Shown here piece after piece: positions 12,567 through 25,223 of a stretch of DNA of 64,000 nt. Position 1 is the first letter of the stretch; every line of letters begins with the position of its first letter. A program made the position numbers and the translations under genes. The notes below the pieces were generated by a model. That model was not told the DNA's origin. It saw nothing but the letters and a program-made list of their open reading frames with translations, and did not search any database. The stretch covers positions 2,418,001 to 2,482,000 of the forward strand of contig OZ251231.1 in the NCBI GenBank assembly GCA_965240325.2, in the 5' to 3' direction. Source of the stretch: Rebecca billardiae RCC1528. Taxonomy: Eukaryota; Protista; Haptophyta.

Positions 12567-13601
12567 ATGGCCGACCTGCTCCACCACCTCCCGCTCACGT
12601 CGAAGGCTGGCGTGGGTACGCTCGTGGTGCTTCACGTGCTCTTCCGCGCCGCGCCCGCGACCGTCACCCACATCTTCTGCCTCATCCCGAGCAACACGTT
12701 CGGTGGGATGGTATGGAACGTCGTCACGAGCGCGTTTGTCGAGCGCTCTCCGGTCGGCCTCGCAATCAGCGCGTCGGCGTTCGCGCTGTATGGCCACGTT
12801 TTCCAGCCTCGGTGGGGTCTCAAGGAGGCCGTGCGCTTCGTACTCGTCTGCGCCACCTCGTCCGCGCTCGCGTCTTGCTTCGCGCTGATGGTCATGTACA
12901 TGGCGACGCGTGCAGAGCAGCTGCTCTTTGTCGAGCTGAGCGGCTTCTCCGGGGTGGTGGCCGGCATCAGCGTGGCCATCCATCAGGCGGCGCACAGCGA
13001 GGCGCAGCGCGCCGACGTGCCCAATTGGCTCGTCGGCGAGAGCCGCAAGGTGGCGATGCTCTACCTGCTCGTGCACGCGGCATGGTGCCTGCTTGCCGGG
13101 CGCGTCGTCGACATCCTGCTTGCGATGCACGGGCTGCTGTGTGGCTGGATCTACCTGCGCTTCTACCAGCCGCACGAGTCGGAGCTTGGGCCGTCCATGG
13201 CCGCTGGGGATGCGAGCGAGGCGTTCGCCTTCGCGTCGATGTTCTTCAGCTCGCTGCAGCCAGCGGTAGACTCGGTCTCCCGCGCGACCTGGGCCATTGT
13301 CGAGTTGGTCGTGCCGCCGAGCATGCGAGCGCCGTCAGCGCCAACGAACACGTTTGCATTCCCCGCCACGCCGAGCGACCACCTGCCGGGCTCAAACCCG
13401 AGCCTCGCCGAGCAGCGACGCGCTCGCGCAATGCGCTCACTCGAGGACAGGCTCGGGGCGCGGGGGGGCGACGCGAGCGGCAGCAGGCCAACAGCGAGCT
13501 GGCCGCCGCTACCTGCCAGCGCGAGGCACGCTGGAGCAGGAACTGGGACAGCGGCGGATGCGGGCGCCGCGGGTGTCTCGGGGGGGCACCACGCGGTCTG
13601 A
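12567..13601 (+). CDS. TMEM115-like (DUF1751, rhomboid-like) membrane protein
   Basis: Motifs LIPSNT..VWNVVTSAFVE, SGFSGVVAGISVA, WIYLRFYQ, GDASEAFAFASMF and AEQRRARAMRSLEDRL. ATG in gccaccATGG context. Confidence 0.85.
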   Translation: MADLLHHLPLTSKAGVGTLVVLHVLFRAAPATVTHIFCLIPSNTFGGMVWNVVTSAFVERSPVGLAISASAFALYGHVFQPRWGLKEAVRFVLVCATSSALASCFALMVMYMATRAEQLLFVELSGFSGVVAGISVAIHQAAHSEAQRADVPNWLVGESRKVAMLYLLVHAAWCLLAGRVVDILLAMHGLLCGWIYLRFYQPHESELGPSMAAGDASEAFAFASMFFSSLQPAVDSVSRATWAIVELVVPPSMRAPSAPTNTFAFPATPSDHLPGSNPSLAEQRRARAMRSLEDRLGARGGDASGSRPTASWPPLPASARHAGAGTGTAADAGAAGVSGGHHAV

Positions 13602-14294
13602 TGTCTCACGCCCGTCGGCTGTGTATGCGGCTACGTAGCACATACCCTGGCTGTTACCATGGACTTCTTCTTGATGATGATGAACTGCTGGCGTGGCGCA
13701 GGCTCAATACTACTCAATGCATGCAGCGCGCGGGCGTGGACACCGTGACTGGACGCGGCTCGGCTCAACCGAGGGTCACTCAAGGACACGATGGTACGGC
13801 ACCACCGCGCATGGTGCCTTTGGGCGCAGTATTTGCTGGTTGGGCGGTCTCTGCCAGGCACCAGCAGACCGACTGGCAGACCGACCGGGCGCCACTCGGC
13901 GGCGACGCTGCCAGTCCACTGATGGCAATGTCCATCCCCCGCGTGCCGGGTGGCCGCGGGGCTGGCGGCCAATACATGCAGCAGCAATAATATACGTACG
14001 CTTAATTTGCATGCGAATAATAAGTGACAGGGAATCAGCAGCGCGCGTCGTTCATTTATTATTACTCAATGCGGCTCATCATCAGATGACGCCCGCGGGG
14101 TAAGATCACTAAGATAGACCGTGCTTGGATGAGTCGTGATCGGTGATGGGCGCCCTCGGGACTCCCGTTAGCAGGCGTTACCTTACCGCCTGGCCCTGGA
14201 GTTGATGATTATGGCGCACGCCCCCGCCCCAGAAAGGTCTGAGCGTGATGAGCGAACGAAAGCCGCGGAGGCCCGGGAGGGCGGGGGGGGGGGG

Positions 14295-14353
14295 GGGGCA
14301 CGTGCTCCGCAAAATCAAAAAAGGGGGGCGCACGTGCTCCGCAAAATCAAAAA
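14295..14353. repeat. Two-unit ~31-bp tandem repeat (gcacgtgctccgcaaaatcaaaaa)
   Basis: Read directly; preceded by a G homopolymer. Confidence 0.8.
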
Positions 14354-14489
14354 AGATAATGGCGCGTGTGATGGTGGGGATTTTGTAATTTTAGGAGGGG
14401 GAAAGATGATGCTTATGAATGGCATTCACCCCCCTTGATGACGGTTTGATTGCGTCAATATGTGACGCGATTCTCCCAGCCCGTATTAA

Positions 14490-17400
14490 TGGCCCGCGGT
14501 GCAGGGCGGAGCGCGCAGCGTGGAGCCCGCACCAGCGGGCCCGAACCACGTTTCAAAAAGATCTTTGATCAAGAAAAAAGGGACGGGGGGCGATTTTTAG
14601 GGCTGGCGGAGACCGAGTTTCGAGTTTTTGAGATCGCATAGAGAGGTCTATTAGGCCGAAAAAAAGCGCGCCCAGCTGATTCCCTTAAGTAAAGTGCGAT
14701 CTGGGACTGGACGTCAGCTGGACGTGACATTAGTGTAACGGTTCGTTACGAGCGCGATTTTGTGGGTAGACTCTCGTTCATGTGTGATTAGGGGGGCCAA
14801 ACCGCCCATTTAAAAATGAAAAGCAAAGTCGCGTCGCATTTTCGCTCCGCCCTCGGCCTTTTAGGGTGGCGCGGAGCCTTTTTCTCGGACCCCGCTCGAA
14901 AATCGAGCTCCGACGCCTTCGGACGCTCAGAGCTCGGTTCCGCTCCAGCGCGAGCGGCCGGAGGCAGTGGACCGCCGCGCGCTCGCGACCTTTGAGACGC
15001 CGAGATGGTCTCGGGTGCGCGCGCGCGTGACGCTGGTGGGCGCTACTGACCCGTGCCTTTGCGCCACCAGCGGCTCACCACCCGCTTCTTGGCCATCTCG
15101 CGCCGTGCGCGGCGCGCGTCGGCCGGCTTGAATTGGCGCGCTGCGTGCGCCCGTCACGCTACCGCACGGTGTGGCTCATGATCAACTCGCACAGTTGAGA
15201 TCGATGCTCGCACCAAGTGCCCATGTATGTATGTGGATGCCCAGCTCGCCTAACCTGCCCTGCTGCGCCGGAATCGCCGTCAGCAGACCGGCGCGAGCTC
15301 GCGCGCAACACCTCCGCGGAGCTCGCAACTGTCATGTTCCGCTTGTAGGGCCCGTTTTTGCACCTGCCGTGGCACTTGCGATGGTCAGCACGTTGGGTAT
15401 GGGTCACGTGTGCCCTCTGATGGCGTCTGGGCGCCTCCCATTCGCCTCTCAGGACGTCGCGGACGTGCTCGCAGGCAGCGGTTGGCTCATTCGACAGGTC
15501 CGACGTGCACTCGACCGTGCCTGCAAGCGCGCCCCTGTGACGCTCATGCCTGCAGAAGCAGATGCAGATGGGCCCTCATGCACCCTGGTGCGCCCAAGAC
15601 CGGCGGGAGCGTCAGAGACCGTCTCAATCTTGACACCTTGCACACGCCGGCGCTTGCCGGTGGGCTCCGCGCAGCCAGCCAGGAGCGCCGAACAGCGCCG
15701 GATCAGCCTCTGTAGGCCGAATATCCGCCCCTAAGCCCAGAAATAGCGCGGAACAGGGTAGTGCGTACCTATATGGACCAATCCCATCCAGCCTGGTTTG
15801 GTGCAGACACGCCAGCCACCGCCTGGAGCAGACGTTTGCTGCCGAATCGCATGCTCGGCACTGTGCCGCACTGCGACGACGACAGATTTGACCTGCCTCG
15901 TAGGTCTCGGCCAGGGAGCGGTGACGGTTGGCTCGAGTCACTTTAAACCTTGACTATGACCGAGAGCACTCCCGGGCTAAGGACGTGGGGCCGGTGCTTT
16001 GGGTCTACTATGTCTGCAATACGCCGTACGCGTGGCTGTATACACAGTCTGAAAACGTATCTCGCAGCTCGAGATCAGACGAGGCTGTATTCATCAGCAT
16101 GGCGCCTATATACACAGTGGATATGTAACGATCGGTGGCTTCTAGGAAACTACATATTTGACAGCCTGCCAGTACACAGCCTATATCGCATGTTGGGACC
16201 TGCTGCTGCTGGGGACTCAGATCGATCTCGCTGAGATGCTCTATCAAAGTGAGGTCGACATGGTCTATATGTCACATATAGGACGGCCGTTACATACCGT
16301 TTCCAATAAGTTCAGGCTCATTCTAATAAGTAAATATGCTAGCCGTTACGCCCTATATTCAGGGTATGTGCACCTGATTTTTTTACATGGCCGGCCCAGA
16401 CCCCTCCAGAGGGCAAATGATCCAGCCCGAAATCAGCTCTAAACACTCGCTAGGACCCGCGCTCGTGGCCGTCAGTAACGCTACAGTGCCACTTTGGCCC
16501 CCCTATGTGATAGTTTGCCTCCGCCTTGATGAATATGAACTTGGCTTCGCGGCGGTTGGTATCTAGAGTCTAAAACCCGCAAGCCTTATTGAAAATACCC
16601 GCGCAGCTATTCGTTGCCAGCCCATTCCATAGTCACTGACTTACCGAGCTGGCGAGCTCAAAACCTGCCGCCGTCGCAAGGACGACGTGTGCAGGTTTCT
16701 TCGTTCGGGGGTGGCGAGCGAGCCGCGACGACTCTTGGTTGGTTGGTCCGCAAGGGGGCGCTCGATGGGCAGGTGCGCGTGGCGAGTGCCGAGTGGCGCC
16801 TGGAGCGCGCGTCTGCGGCGGGTCCCGACGGCCGTCGACATCGCGTTCGTGCCCGCTCACTAGTCACTCCGCACGCCCCTGCCGCGCCCTGTCGATGCCT
16901 GCGCGGCCGGCCGCGCGGCCGCGGCGCCGCCGCCGCAGCCGCCGCCCTGTGTTCGGGCTCTCGCAAGCTCGGGGGCAGCGGCGCATGATGCCGGACTGAT
17001 CGATCTCTGAGTCTCCGACTTCACCACACGCCCCCCTTGCCATGCCTCTCCGCCAGGGTCTCCCAGAACTCTTCTTCAGAGCAGGCGCAAGTCGAACTCG
17101 GAACTGGCCGCGGCCCCGCGCGCCGTCGGCTCCCCGTGGCTGTCAGCTCCGCGTGGCCTGGGCGCCTGGCGTGCCCAGAGCTGGCCGTGCCTCTGCGACG
17201 CGTGCCGAGCCTGACCGAGGTGTGTCACCCCGTGCACGCGCGGCGCGCGCAAGCACCGGTGCTGCATGGCTGCTCGCACCGTGCTCCCTGGCTCGCGGTC
17301 AGTCAGCTCGGCCGCGTGGTGCCTGGTGTGCACGTAGAGTCGCGCTCATGCGTCGCTCACGCCTCGCGCCCGCCTGTCGGCCGTCGCGCAGGCGCGCAGG

Positions 17401-17825
17401 TCGAACCCTACTGACCTGCAGATCATCTACTCCTGCGCTGCTGGCGTCGCGGCGACGACGGTCAGCGGCAGGCCCGAACGAACGGTCGAATCCGCGCGGT
17501 CCCGCGCCGTCCGGCTCCCTGGCTGTCAGTCAGCTCCGCCGGTGGCCTGGCGTGCAAGAGTCGCGCTCGTGCGTCGATCACGCCGAGTCGCATCCGCCTG
17601 TCGGCCGTCGCGCACGCGCAGGGGGTCAGGTAAGGGATGAGGGCAGCTCGGCCGACGACCGACATCCACACTCGGCGCACGCCGGCGGCGGCGCGGCGCT
17701 GGGGCGGCGCGCCGCTGGATGGAGTCTAGTTACACGTGTACGGGACGACTGCGACGGAGGGTGCACCGCCACCGCGGGCCCCGAACTACGTTCGTTCTAC
17801 GGAAAAGGACCGCGGAACGCGGTCA
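14490..17825 (+). mobile_element. Family A element, copy A2, with a nested TIR element
   Basis: Same ends as A1. The first ~270 bp match A3/A4 and the remainder resembles the A1 interior. Confidence 0.75.
14789..16505. mobile_element. Non-autonomous TIR DNA transposon with hAT-like termini, 13-bp TIR and 6-bp TSD
   Basis: TAGGGGGGCCAAA at 14789 and TTTGGCCCCCCTA ending at 16505; TGTGAT at 14783-14788 and 16506-16511. The segment is absent from the equivalent site in A1. Confidence 0.85.
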
Positions 17826-18707
17826 TATTAACTTTAAGCGTTAGTAACACTTGGGAAAATACATGCTCCAATAGCAAACACCATTGCCCTGCGTTCGAAC
17901 ATTCTATGGTAAGATGTCGTCTGAATTGTAAGAGCCTGAAACAGCTCGCCAAGTATAGGAAAGAGAGGCGGTAGTGTGGATCGGCTCTTCTGCCGCTTGA
18001 TTGAAGTCAGGGGATGTGATCAAGGGGCTTACAAAATACCAGCCCCTTGATGTGAGTCTCGTGGTTGGTATTTGGTTAAGTCTGTTAGTGTTGATCAATA
18101 CACATGTCGTAAGATCTCATCGAAATCCCATAGGGCGACCGGTATCTTTGAATGAAGCGCCAAACGCCGTCTTTCAGCGCACCTACAGTTTACTAAGAAC
18201 ACGAGACGCACACAGCTCAGGCAGGCCAGAATCTTCGAAGCGAAACCCTATCGTTATTTTTCAGGGCGCCTCTTACGGGACGAGGGCCGAAAATATATGT
18301 AAAGGTGATTATTACGGGCTACGGCGTGCCGAACGTCAACGTGCCAGCAGCGTCCGGGGACAGCCGATACAGTAATGAGATTATATATAAAAACTTGAGC
18401 GCACACAAATCTTCATATATTATCTCTCTTGATTAATACTGGTCACACGGCTTCGCGCGAGCTACAAAAGGCGCTGCTGCCTTGGCCACTGGCCACGCAA
18501 ACTCGACGCGGGCTCGCGAACAGGCGGGCACTGCACGCGATCGTTCAATACGACAAGACTCAGCGCAGGTGCGCGCAGATCTGCGGCGGGTCCCAACGGC
18601 CGTCGGCATCGCATTCGTGCCTCGTTCACCCCGCGCGCCCCGCCCTGCCATGCCTCTTCGGCCCAGTGCGTTTTCCAACCGAGCACGTCGTCACTCGGCG
18701 AGGTGAG

Positions 18708-19700
18708 TCACAGCCTTAGCCCCGAGTCATCTCGGAGTCGGGTAGTGATGATGCGACTGTATACCCGGTACGCATTCTGCGTCGTCTCGCACGCGAGCTG
18801 TTCGGCGTCGAGTTTGAGCTGCGCTGCAATGTAGGTGCAGATTGCCGGCAGGTGGGCAGGCTCGTTTCTCGCCAGGCTGAGTCCGCTGCCGCTGTGGCTC
18901 TCGCCCCGAGCTGGTTGTGGTACGCTCGGTGCCACTGGCCCAGCAGAAGTCTCACTGCCTTCTTCTTCGTGAGGCTTTTTGAAGCCCAGCACGGCATCGC
19001 CTGGCATCTGATCGGGCGAGTCCGTCTCGAGAAGCAGGCGGGCACGTGGGGTGGCCCGCACCAGGCTGAGGTGCGCCGCGTCCAGAGGCTGGCCACAGTA
19101 CGAGAAGTAGCAGCCAAGAGCGGCAAAGCGCGGGATGAAGTCGATCGGACCGCGAAACGAGTGCAGCACGCACGTCGGCATCGGAGCGGTGGTGGCGCAC
19201 TCGTCGCGGGAAAAGCCCTCGAGCAGCTCCGCAAGCGAGCCATAGGCACGGACACAATGCAGTGTGACCGGCCGTCTCTCGTCACGCGCGATGCGGAGGT
19301 GGGCGAGGCAAACCTTGCGCTGCACGTCGAGCGATGCTGCGGCCCTACGAGTTTTGTCGAGCCCTGTCTCTCCGACCCCCGCCGCGGGGTCTCGCCGCAG
19401 GCGTGAGCGCAACTCACTCCCCCAAGTCTCCTCCTGTGCAGCGAGGTCGTCGGTGACCCACCACGGGTGAATGCCATACTGCGGCCAGACAAACTCTGGG
19501 CACGCCTGCCGTGCTGCCGCCACCTCCTCCCAGTCCGCGGGCGAAGTCGAGCACACGGCTGAGCCGACCACGCCCGCTGACTGTGCAGCGGAGACGAGGG
19601 CACGCATGGTAGGGACGTCGGCCGCGGCCGCCATGTGCAGGTGACAGTGTGCATCAAACATGCTGGCACTCATGGCAGCGGTGACGAGCGCCGCAGCCAT
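18708..19700 (-). CDS. TatD-family DNase
   Basis: Motifs FDAHCHLH, YGIHPW, GVGETGLD, PVTLHCVRA, VLHSF, LLLETDSPD and RNEPA. The start may instead be 19673 or 19661. Confidence 0.93.
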   Translation of the reverse strand: MAAALVTAAMSASMFDAHCHLHMAAAADVPTMRALVSAAQSAGVVGSAVCSTSPADWEEVAAARQACPEFVWPQYGIHPWWVTDDLAAQEETWGSELRSRLRRDPAAGVGETGLDKTRRAAASLDVQRKVCLAHLRIARDERRPVTLHCVRAYGSLAELLEGFSRDECATTAPMPTCVLHSFRGPIDFIPRFAALGCYFSYCGQPLDAAHLSLVRATPRARLLLETDSPDQMPGDAVLGFKKPHEEEGSETSAGPVAPSVPQPARGESHSGSGLSLARNEPAHLPAICTYIAAQLKLDAEQLACETTQNAYRVYSRIITTRLRDDSGLRL

Positions 19701-19905
19701 GCTGCTTCAGGCGGGCGCCTTTTCTGATTCCATCATTTTAAATTCAAGCCGAGGCCTGGCCGTGACGAAATCATGCAGCAGAGAACGTAACGTTGGGACG
19801 GGTCCGCGCGCGTTTTTTTTATCGCTGCGTGCAACGGTGTGCACCGGCGTGCCACCCGTGCGCCTCGGCCGCGCGCACGTCAAGCATCAGCGCCGACAAC
19901 GTGTC

Positions 19906-21852
19906 ATGTTGTACTACGACAACAAGGCGTGGTGGAGTCTACTTTTCGTGGTCAAAGGCACGGTACTTCGACGCTGCGTCGGGCCGGCGTGCCTCACCGT
20001 CATCTCCGCAGCGGTGGCGGTGCTGGTGAACGCGCGTCTCTCCGCCAGCTCGCGTGGGTTTGGCGAGGACGGCGACGGTGATCTCGGCGGAGACGTGGCG
20101 GTTCACCAGGTCTTCGTCACGCTGCTCGGGCTCGCGCTCGGGTTTTTGCTCGTGTTCAGATCAAACCTGTCGTACGAGCGCTTCTGGCTTGGGCGCTGCT
20201 CGATGGGCAAGCTCGTAAAGGAGGCGCGCTCGCTCGCCCGCCAGCTCTGCTTCCATGTCGAGGGCGCAGACGGGGCGACCGAGGACGCGCGTATCGACAC
20301 GGTTCGTCTCGTGTGCATCTTCTTCTTCCTCGTGACCAAGAGGCTGCGCACAGACGACTCGCTGGCCGACCTCGTCGGCGACCCGTCTGTGCTGGCTGAG
20401 CGCATGCGGCGCGCCCCCTCGACCGAGGGCACGGACGCGGCGCGCGGGCAGGCGTCGGAGTCGCGCTCCGCAGATCTGTGGAGCACACCGCTTGCGAGAG
20501 CGCGCGCGGCGATACGCGATCGGCGGAATAGCGGGCGGCGCGCCTCCGAAGGCGAGACCGCGCGCGCGCCCCTGTCGCCCCGCTCTCCTGAGCCAAGGCA
20601 GGCGCAAAGCGCTGCCGGCAATACGGCGCCCCTGCCCCTGAACACCGCAGGCGAGCGGGCGCTGCGGCGGGGTTTTGCGTCGGCCGCTCTGCCCGTGAGT
20701 TTGAGCGACGAGGCGACGCGCACTGGGCCTCACGCGCAGGCGGCGCCAACGCCGCGCGTCGAGAGCTTCGACGTCACACGCAAGGGCGGCGTGAGGCGGC
20801 ACACCTCATTCAGCCGCCCTCCCCCGGGCGGGCGGTGGCGCATCTCAGCGCACGAGTTTGAGGAGCTCGCAGCGATCCCGCACCAGCGCCGGCCGATCAA
20901 GGCGCTCGGCTGGATCACGCGCCGGCTGGTGCCACTGGTCAAGGAGCGGCGCGTGAGCGAGCTGCGCTACTGGCGCATGGACGCGACGGTGGACGGCATG
21001 CTCGAGCACTTCCACGCGTGCGACACGATCGCCAGCACGCCGCTGCCGTTCCCGTACGCGCACCTGCTCATCTGGCTGCTCGTGATCTGGGCGCTGGTGC
21101 TCCCGTGGGTGCTGCTCCCGCTCTTCGGGCTGTGGACGTTCCTCACCGCGCCCGTGCTCACGTGTGGCTTCTGGGGGATCAACGAGGTCGCGCTCGAGCT
21201 CGAGGATCCGTTTGGCACCGACGTGAACGACCTCGACCTCGACGGGATGGGCGCGCTCGTCCAGCTCGACACGCTCATGTACCTCGACATCACGCGGCAC
21301 GAGCCCGCCTCGTCCACCCCGCCGACCCACCCCACGCGCGAGTCGTCGACGGTCGCGGTGCAGCTCGCGCCGGCGCACCCGCCCGCGGGGCGCCGGGTAG
21401 ATGACCGGTGCTCGGCCAAGAGCGATGAGCTCGATCCTGATCAGCTGCGCCGGAGCTCGAGCCCGCCTGCGGCGTTCGGCCGGTCGAGCTGCGCCATCCG
21501 CCTGCCAGCTATCCGGAGTGAGCTGCAGGGCCACATGCCGAGCCCGGCGCGGCAACGTGGGCCAAGCCTCGCAGTGGCAGCTGCTGCGGTCGGCGCTGGC
21601 CGCGGCCGCACGAGCGCGCGCTTTGCGCTGCAGATCTCCCCACCGCGCACGCCCCTCGATGCATACGCGCGCCACGGCCGCTTTACTTCGACATCGGCAT
21701 CGCCGCCGACCATGAGCACCCCGTTCGGCCCCGTTGTGTTGCCTGGGGCGTCGGCTTCGGCGAGCGAGGCGGGACTGGGACGTCGGACGGCCAGCGCCGA
21801 TGGCACGAGCGTGAGCAGCGCAGTCATGGATCGCGCCACATCGTCGGACTGA
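19906..21852 (+). CDS. Bestrophin-like anion channel (YneE/VCCN type)
   Basis: Motifs LGFLLVFRSNLSYERFWLGR, TPLPFPYAHL and GINEVALELEDPFGTDVNDL, with a low-complexity insert and tail. Confidence 0.92.
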   Translation: MLYYDNKAWWSLLFVVKGTVLRRCVGPACLTVISAAVAVLVNARLSASSRGFGEDGDGDLGGDVAVHQVFVTLLGLALGFLLVFRSNLSYERFWLGRCSMGKLVKEARSLARQLCFHVEGADGATEDARIDTVRLVCIFFFLVTKRLRTDDSLADLVGDPSVLAERMRRAPSTEGTDAARGQASESRSADLWSTPLARARAAIRDRRNSGRRASEGETARAPLSPRSPEPRQAQSAAGNTAPLPLNTAGERALRRGFASAALPVSLSDEATRTGPHAQAAPTPRVESFDVTRKGGVRRHTSFSRPPPGGRWRISAHEFEELAAIPHQRRPIKALGWITRRLVPLVKERRVSELRYWRMDATVDGMLEHFHACDTIASTPLPFPYAHLLIWLLVIWALVLPWVLLPLFGLWTFLTAPVLTCGFWGINEVALELEDPFGTDVNDLDLDGMGALVQLDTLMYLDITRHEPASSTPPTHPTRESSTVAVQLAPAHPPAGRRVDDRCSAKSDELDPDQLRRSSSPPAAFGRSSCAIRLPAIRSELQGHMPSPARQRGPSLAVAAAAVGAGRGRTSARFALQISPPRTPLDAYARHGRFTSTSASPPTMSTPFGPVVLPGASASASEAGLGRRTASADGTSVSSAVMDRATSSD

Positions 21853-22249
21853 TCTAGTGATCTGCTATCATCTAACCTCGGCCAGCTCGCGCAGCAACTC
21901 TGGCTGTCTCTGCGGAGTCTGCGATGGCGGTGCGCGTCATCATCCTGCTGTCGATCATCTCAGCGACTACACGGAGACTCGGCCGCCTCAGGGGCCGCGG
22001 CGGTGGGGGCGGCTCGGTCACACGCTGCATATCATTCGCCTAGCAGACTCATCGCGATCACTGCTAGAGTCACTGACTTACACTGATGTCGTCGTCTGCT
22101 GCCGATTCTAAACGCGGATATTAGCCGCCGGCAAGCAGCAGCGGGCTGACAGCAGACAGGCTGCATGACGCTCGGCAGTCGGCTCACTCGGCTCCCACGC
22201 GCCGCCACATGATATATATATATATATATATAGTGAAATAACGTAAAAA

Positions 22250-23906
22250 TGACCGCGTTCCGCGGTCCTTTTCCGTAGAACCAACGCAGTTGGGGGCCCG
22301 CGGCGCAGTGCAGTTGAGAATGAGACTGACGAGTCAGTCAGTCCGAGTCAGAAAGACAGTTCAGCCACTCTGAGAGGGAGAGTCAGACCCGAGACCGAGT
22401 CTCGGACTCGGCGCGAGTATGCGGGCGCGCACGGCCAAGGGTGGCATGGGACACCAGCGGACGGGCCGCGCGGGGAAGCGGGGCGGCGCGCTCGCAGGGC
22501 GAGAGGCGCGGACGGGCCGCGCGGGGAAGCGGGGCGGCGGCGCGCGCAGGGCGAGAGGGCGAGAGGCGCCGCGCGGCGCCGGGCCGGCGCGTGCGCGCGT
22601 GCGGGCGCACCTGCTTCAGCTTGCAAGGTGCTCGCGCTGCGCCATGCGCTCGACGAAGGGCCGCTGGTCGCGAGCCGGCGCGTGCGCGCGAGCGGGCGCA
22701 CCTGCTTGAGGTACTCGCCCTGCGCCATGCGCTCGACGACGGGCCGCTGGTCGCTCAGCCGGCACGCCTCGTGCCGGCAGAGCGAGAGCGCGCGCCACTG
22801 CAGACTGCTGGCCCGCCGGCCTGCCGGCTGCGCAGCCGCGCACCGAGACCGACCGAGCAGAGCTCGGGGCGGTGGAACGAGGCGAGCGGCGCGTCGCGCC
22901 TGCCGCCGCGCGTGCGCGCCTGCTCCACCGCGCCGCCGTGCTCGCCCGCCGCCTCCTCCGCCGCGTCGGCCTCGAAGACGGCGGCTGCCAGCGGCAGGCT
23001 GAGCTGCGTGCGGCTCACTCACACTGTCTGTGAGTCCTCACGCTGCTGCCGGACCTCCGCGCCGCCGTCGACCGAGTTGAGGAGGAGCTCGCGCTCGGCG
23101 TCGAGGCGCGAGCTCGCGTGCTCGAGCTCGCCCTTCAGCCGCGCGAGCTCCGGGCGCATCCGGCTCATCAGCTCTGCCGCGCCGCTCGCTCGGCGGCGGC
23201 GGGCGGCGCGCTCTGCTCCGGTCGGCGAGCGACGAGCTCGCGTGCTCCGGACTCGGCTCGCCCTTGCGCGCTGCTCCTCGAGTGACGAACGCGCCCGCGG
23301 GCAGGTTGTTGCCCGTCGCCCCCGCCGCGATCTCGCCGCCCCCGCCGCGATCTCGTCGCGCATGTGTCCGTGGCGCGCGCCTGCGAGGTGACAGGCGGGC
23401 CGCGAGCTCAGCCTCGGGGAGAGCGAAGCGACCGGGGCGAGACGCGCGGCCTGCGAGGCGACAGGCGCGCTCGGGGAGAGCATTTTACTATTCACAGTTG
23501 GAGGTGATCAAGTTTCCCGATCGAGGCGACAGGCGCGCTCGGGGAGAGCATTTTACTATTCACAGTTGGAGGTGATCAAGTTTCCCGATCCCTTGCCTTG
23601 CCGTTTTTATCGGTTGGCGGTTGGCGGCAATCTCATACTTAAAATCGCGCTCGTAACGAACCGTTACACTAATGTCACGTCCAGCTGACGTCCAGATCGC
23701 ACTTTACTTAAGGGAATCAGCTGGGCGCGGTTTTTTTCGGCCGAATAGACCTCTCTATGCGATCTCAAAAACTCGAAACTCGGTCTCCGCCAGCCCTAAA
23801 AATCGCCCCCCGTCCCTTTTTTCTTGATCAAAGATCTTTTTGAAACGTGGTTCGGGCCCGCTGGTGCGGGCTCCACGCTGCGCGCTCCGCCCTGCACCGC
23901 GGGCCA
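22250..23906 (-). mobile_element. Family A element, copy A3
   Basis: Reverse-complemented family A ends. The interior is near-identical to A4 and has an internal ~60-bp duplication at ~23455-23590. Confidence 0.8.
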
Positions 23907-24186
23907 TAAGGTATTATAAACGGCTATAAGACTGCTGACACTATAACTATCGGCTGCTAGTGCTACGGGCGGATATTTTTTTGCCGGCGCGATATAGTCG
24001 TACACATGCGGGGTCGGTTCCCGGAGAGCGCGCGACGTGTCTGTCGCATTGTCTGCACTCATGGCCTCCTAAGGCTAACTAAGTATCGCATGGCTCAGCC
24101 TCATTGGCTCGAGTGCCGAGCGGCGGACGTCCGGCAGGAGTTCAGCCCACGTTGGGCTACTGTATGTCACGCGTGGCTAGCACAGC

Positions 24187-25223
24187 TCACTCGAGCGCCG
24201 AGTTGAGCGTGTTGGTGATGCGCGTGAGCACGTCCCGGAAGGCCGGGTCCTCCTTGGCCTGGTACTTGTCGACCGCCGCCATCACCTGTTGGTCGTTGTA
24301 CCCAAACCGCGCCTTGACCGCATCGGAGATGCGCGTCTGCAGCTCCACGAGCACCTGCGGGTTCATCTGCGCCTTCGGGTTCTCCTTCTTGATCTCGACG
24401 ACCTGCGCGCGGATGGGCGCCAGCTCCTTCTCGAGCTGTACGGCGTTGTACACCATCACCTCCTTGAGCTTGTCCTTTGTCAGGCTCGCAGGCACGCGCA
24501 CTGGCGAGGACGAGCCACCCGCCGCCTGCGCGCCCGCCGCGCGCGCGCCGCTCGCGCCGCTCGCGAGCTGCGGCGCACTGCGTGCGCAGGCGATGGCGAG
24601 GCGAGGAGCGCAGATGCGCGACGAGGGTGAGCCGAGTGCGCGCGCAGGTTTCTGCCACGGGTCCCCGAGGCTCGGCATGCGCACACGGAGGGCGCGCGTG
24701 CGCGCACATCTGCCGCCGGATGCTGGCGAGCGCGGACTGCACGTCCTTGTCCTCCATGTGCTGGCGGAAGGCCAGGTCCATCATCTTCTCGCCGACGCCC
24801 TTCTTTTGCCGGATCTTGTTGATCACCTCATCCAGCGTCGCCTCGAATTTTTGCTGTGCACACAGGTAGGGTGTCACGGCGCAGCGCGGCGCGGCGCGTG
24901 AGCCCCACGCACGGCGCTCTGACAGCGCGCGCCTCTCTCCGCTCCGCGGCCAGGCGCACCTGGCGGAGCTGATGTGCGCGCTCCTCGGTGAGGCTGTGCT
25001 CCTTCTGCATCTTCGCCACCCACACCCCAATCTGCTCGGCAAACTTGACTGCCTCGGCGGACGCCTCCTGCAAGATCTCGACCAGCTGCTCCTTCGGGAT
25101 CGGCTGCTCCATCTTGCGCTGCATCTCCTTCTTGGCTTTGCGCCGCCGCTCGTGGACGAGGACGTAAATCACGCCGGCGCCGATCGCCGCGGCCGTCGCG
25201 AGCACATACTGGCGAGCGCTCAT
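24187..25223 (-). CDS. Hypothetical protein with N-terminal membrane anchor; complement(join(24187..24577,24708..24853,24960..25223))
   Basis: Strong coding bias and a hydrophobic N-terminus followed by a basic patch. Two GT-AG introns join three ORF pieces in frame. Confidence 0.75.

Noticed and set aside
14484-17831. TATTAA on both sides of A2 as a 6-bp TSD
   Set aside because: The other three copies show no duplication, so this is probably chance in AT-rich targets. Not fully excluded.
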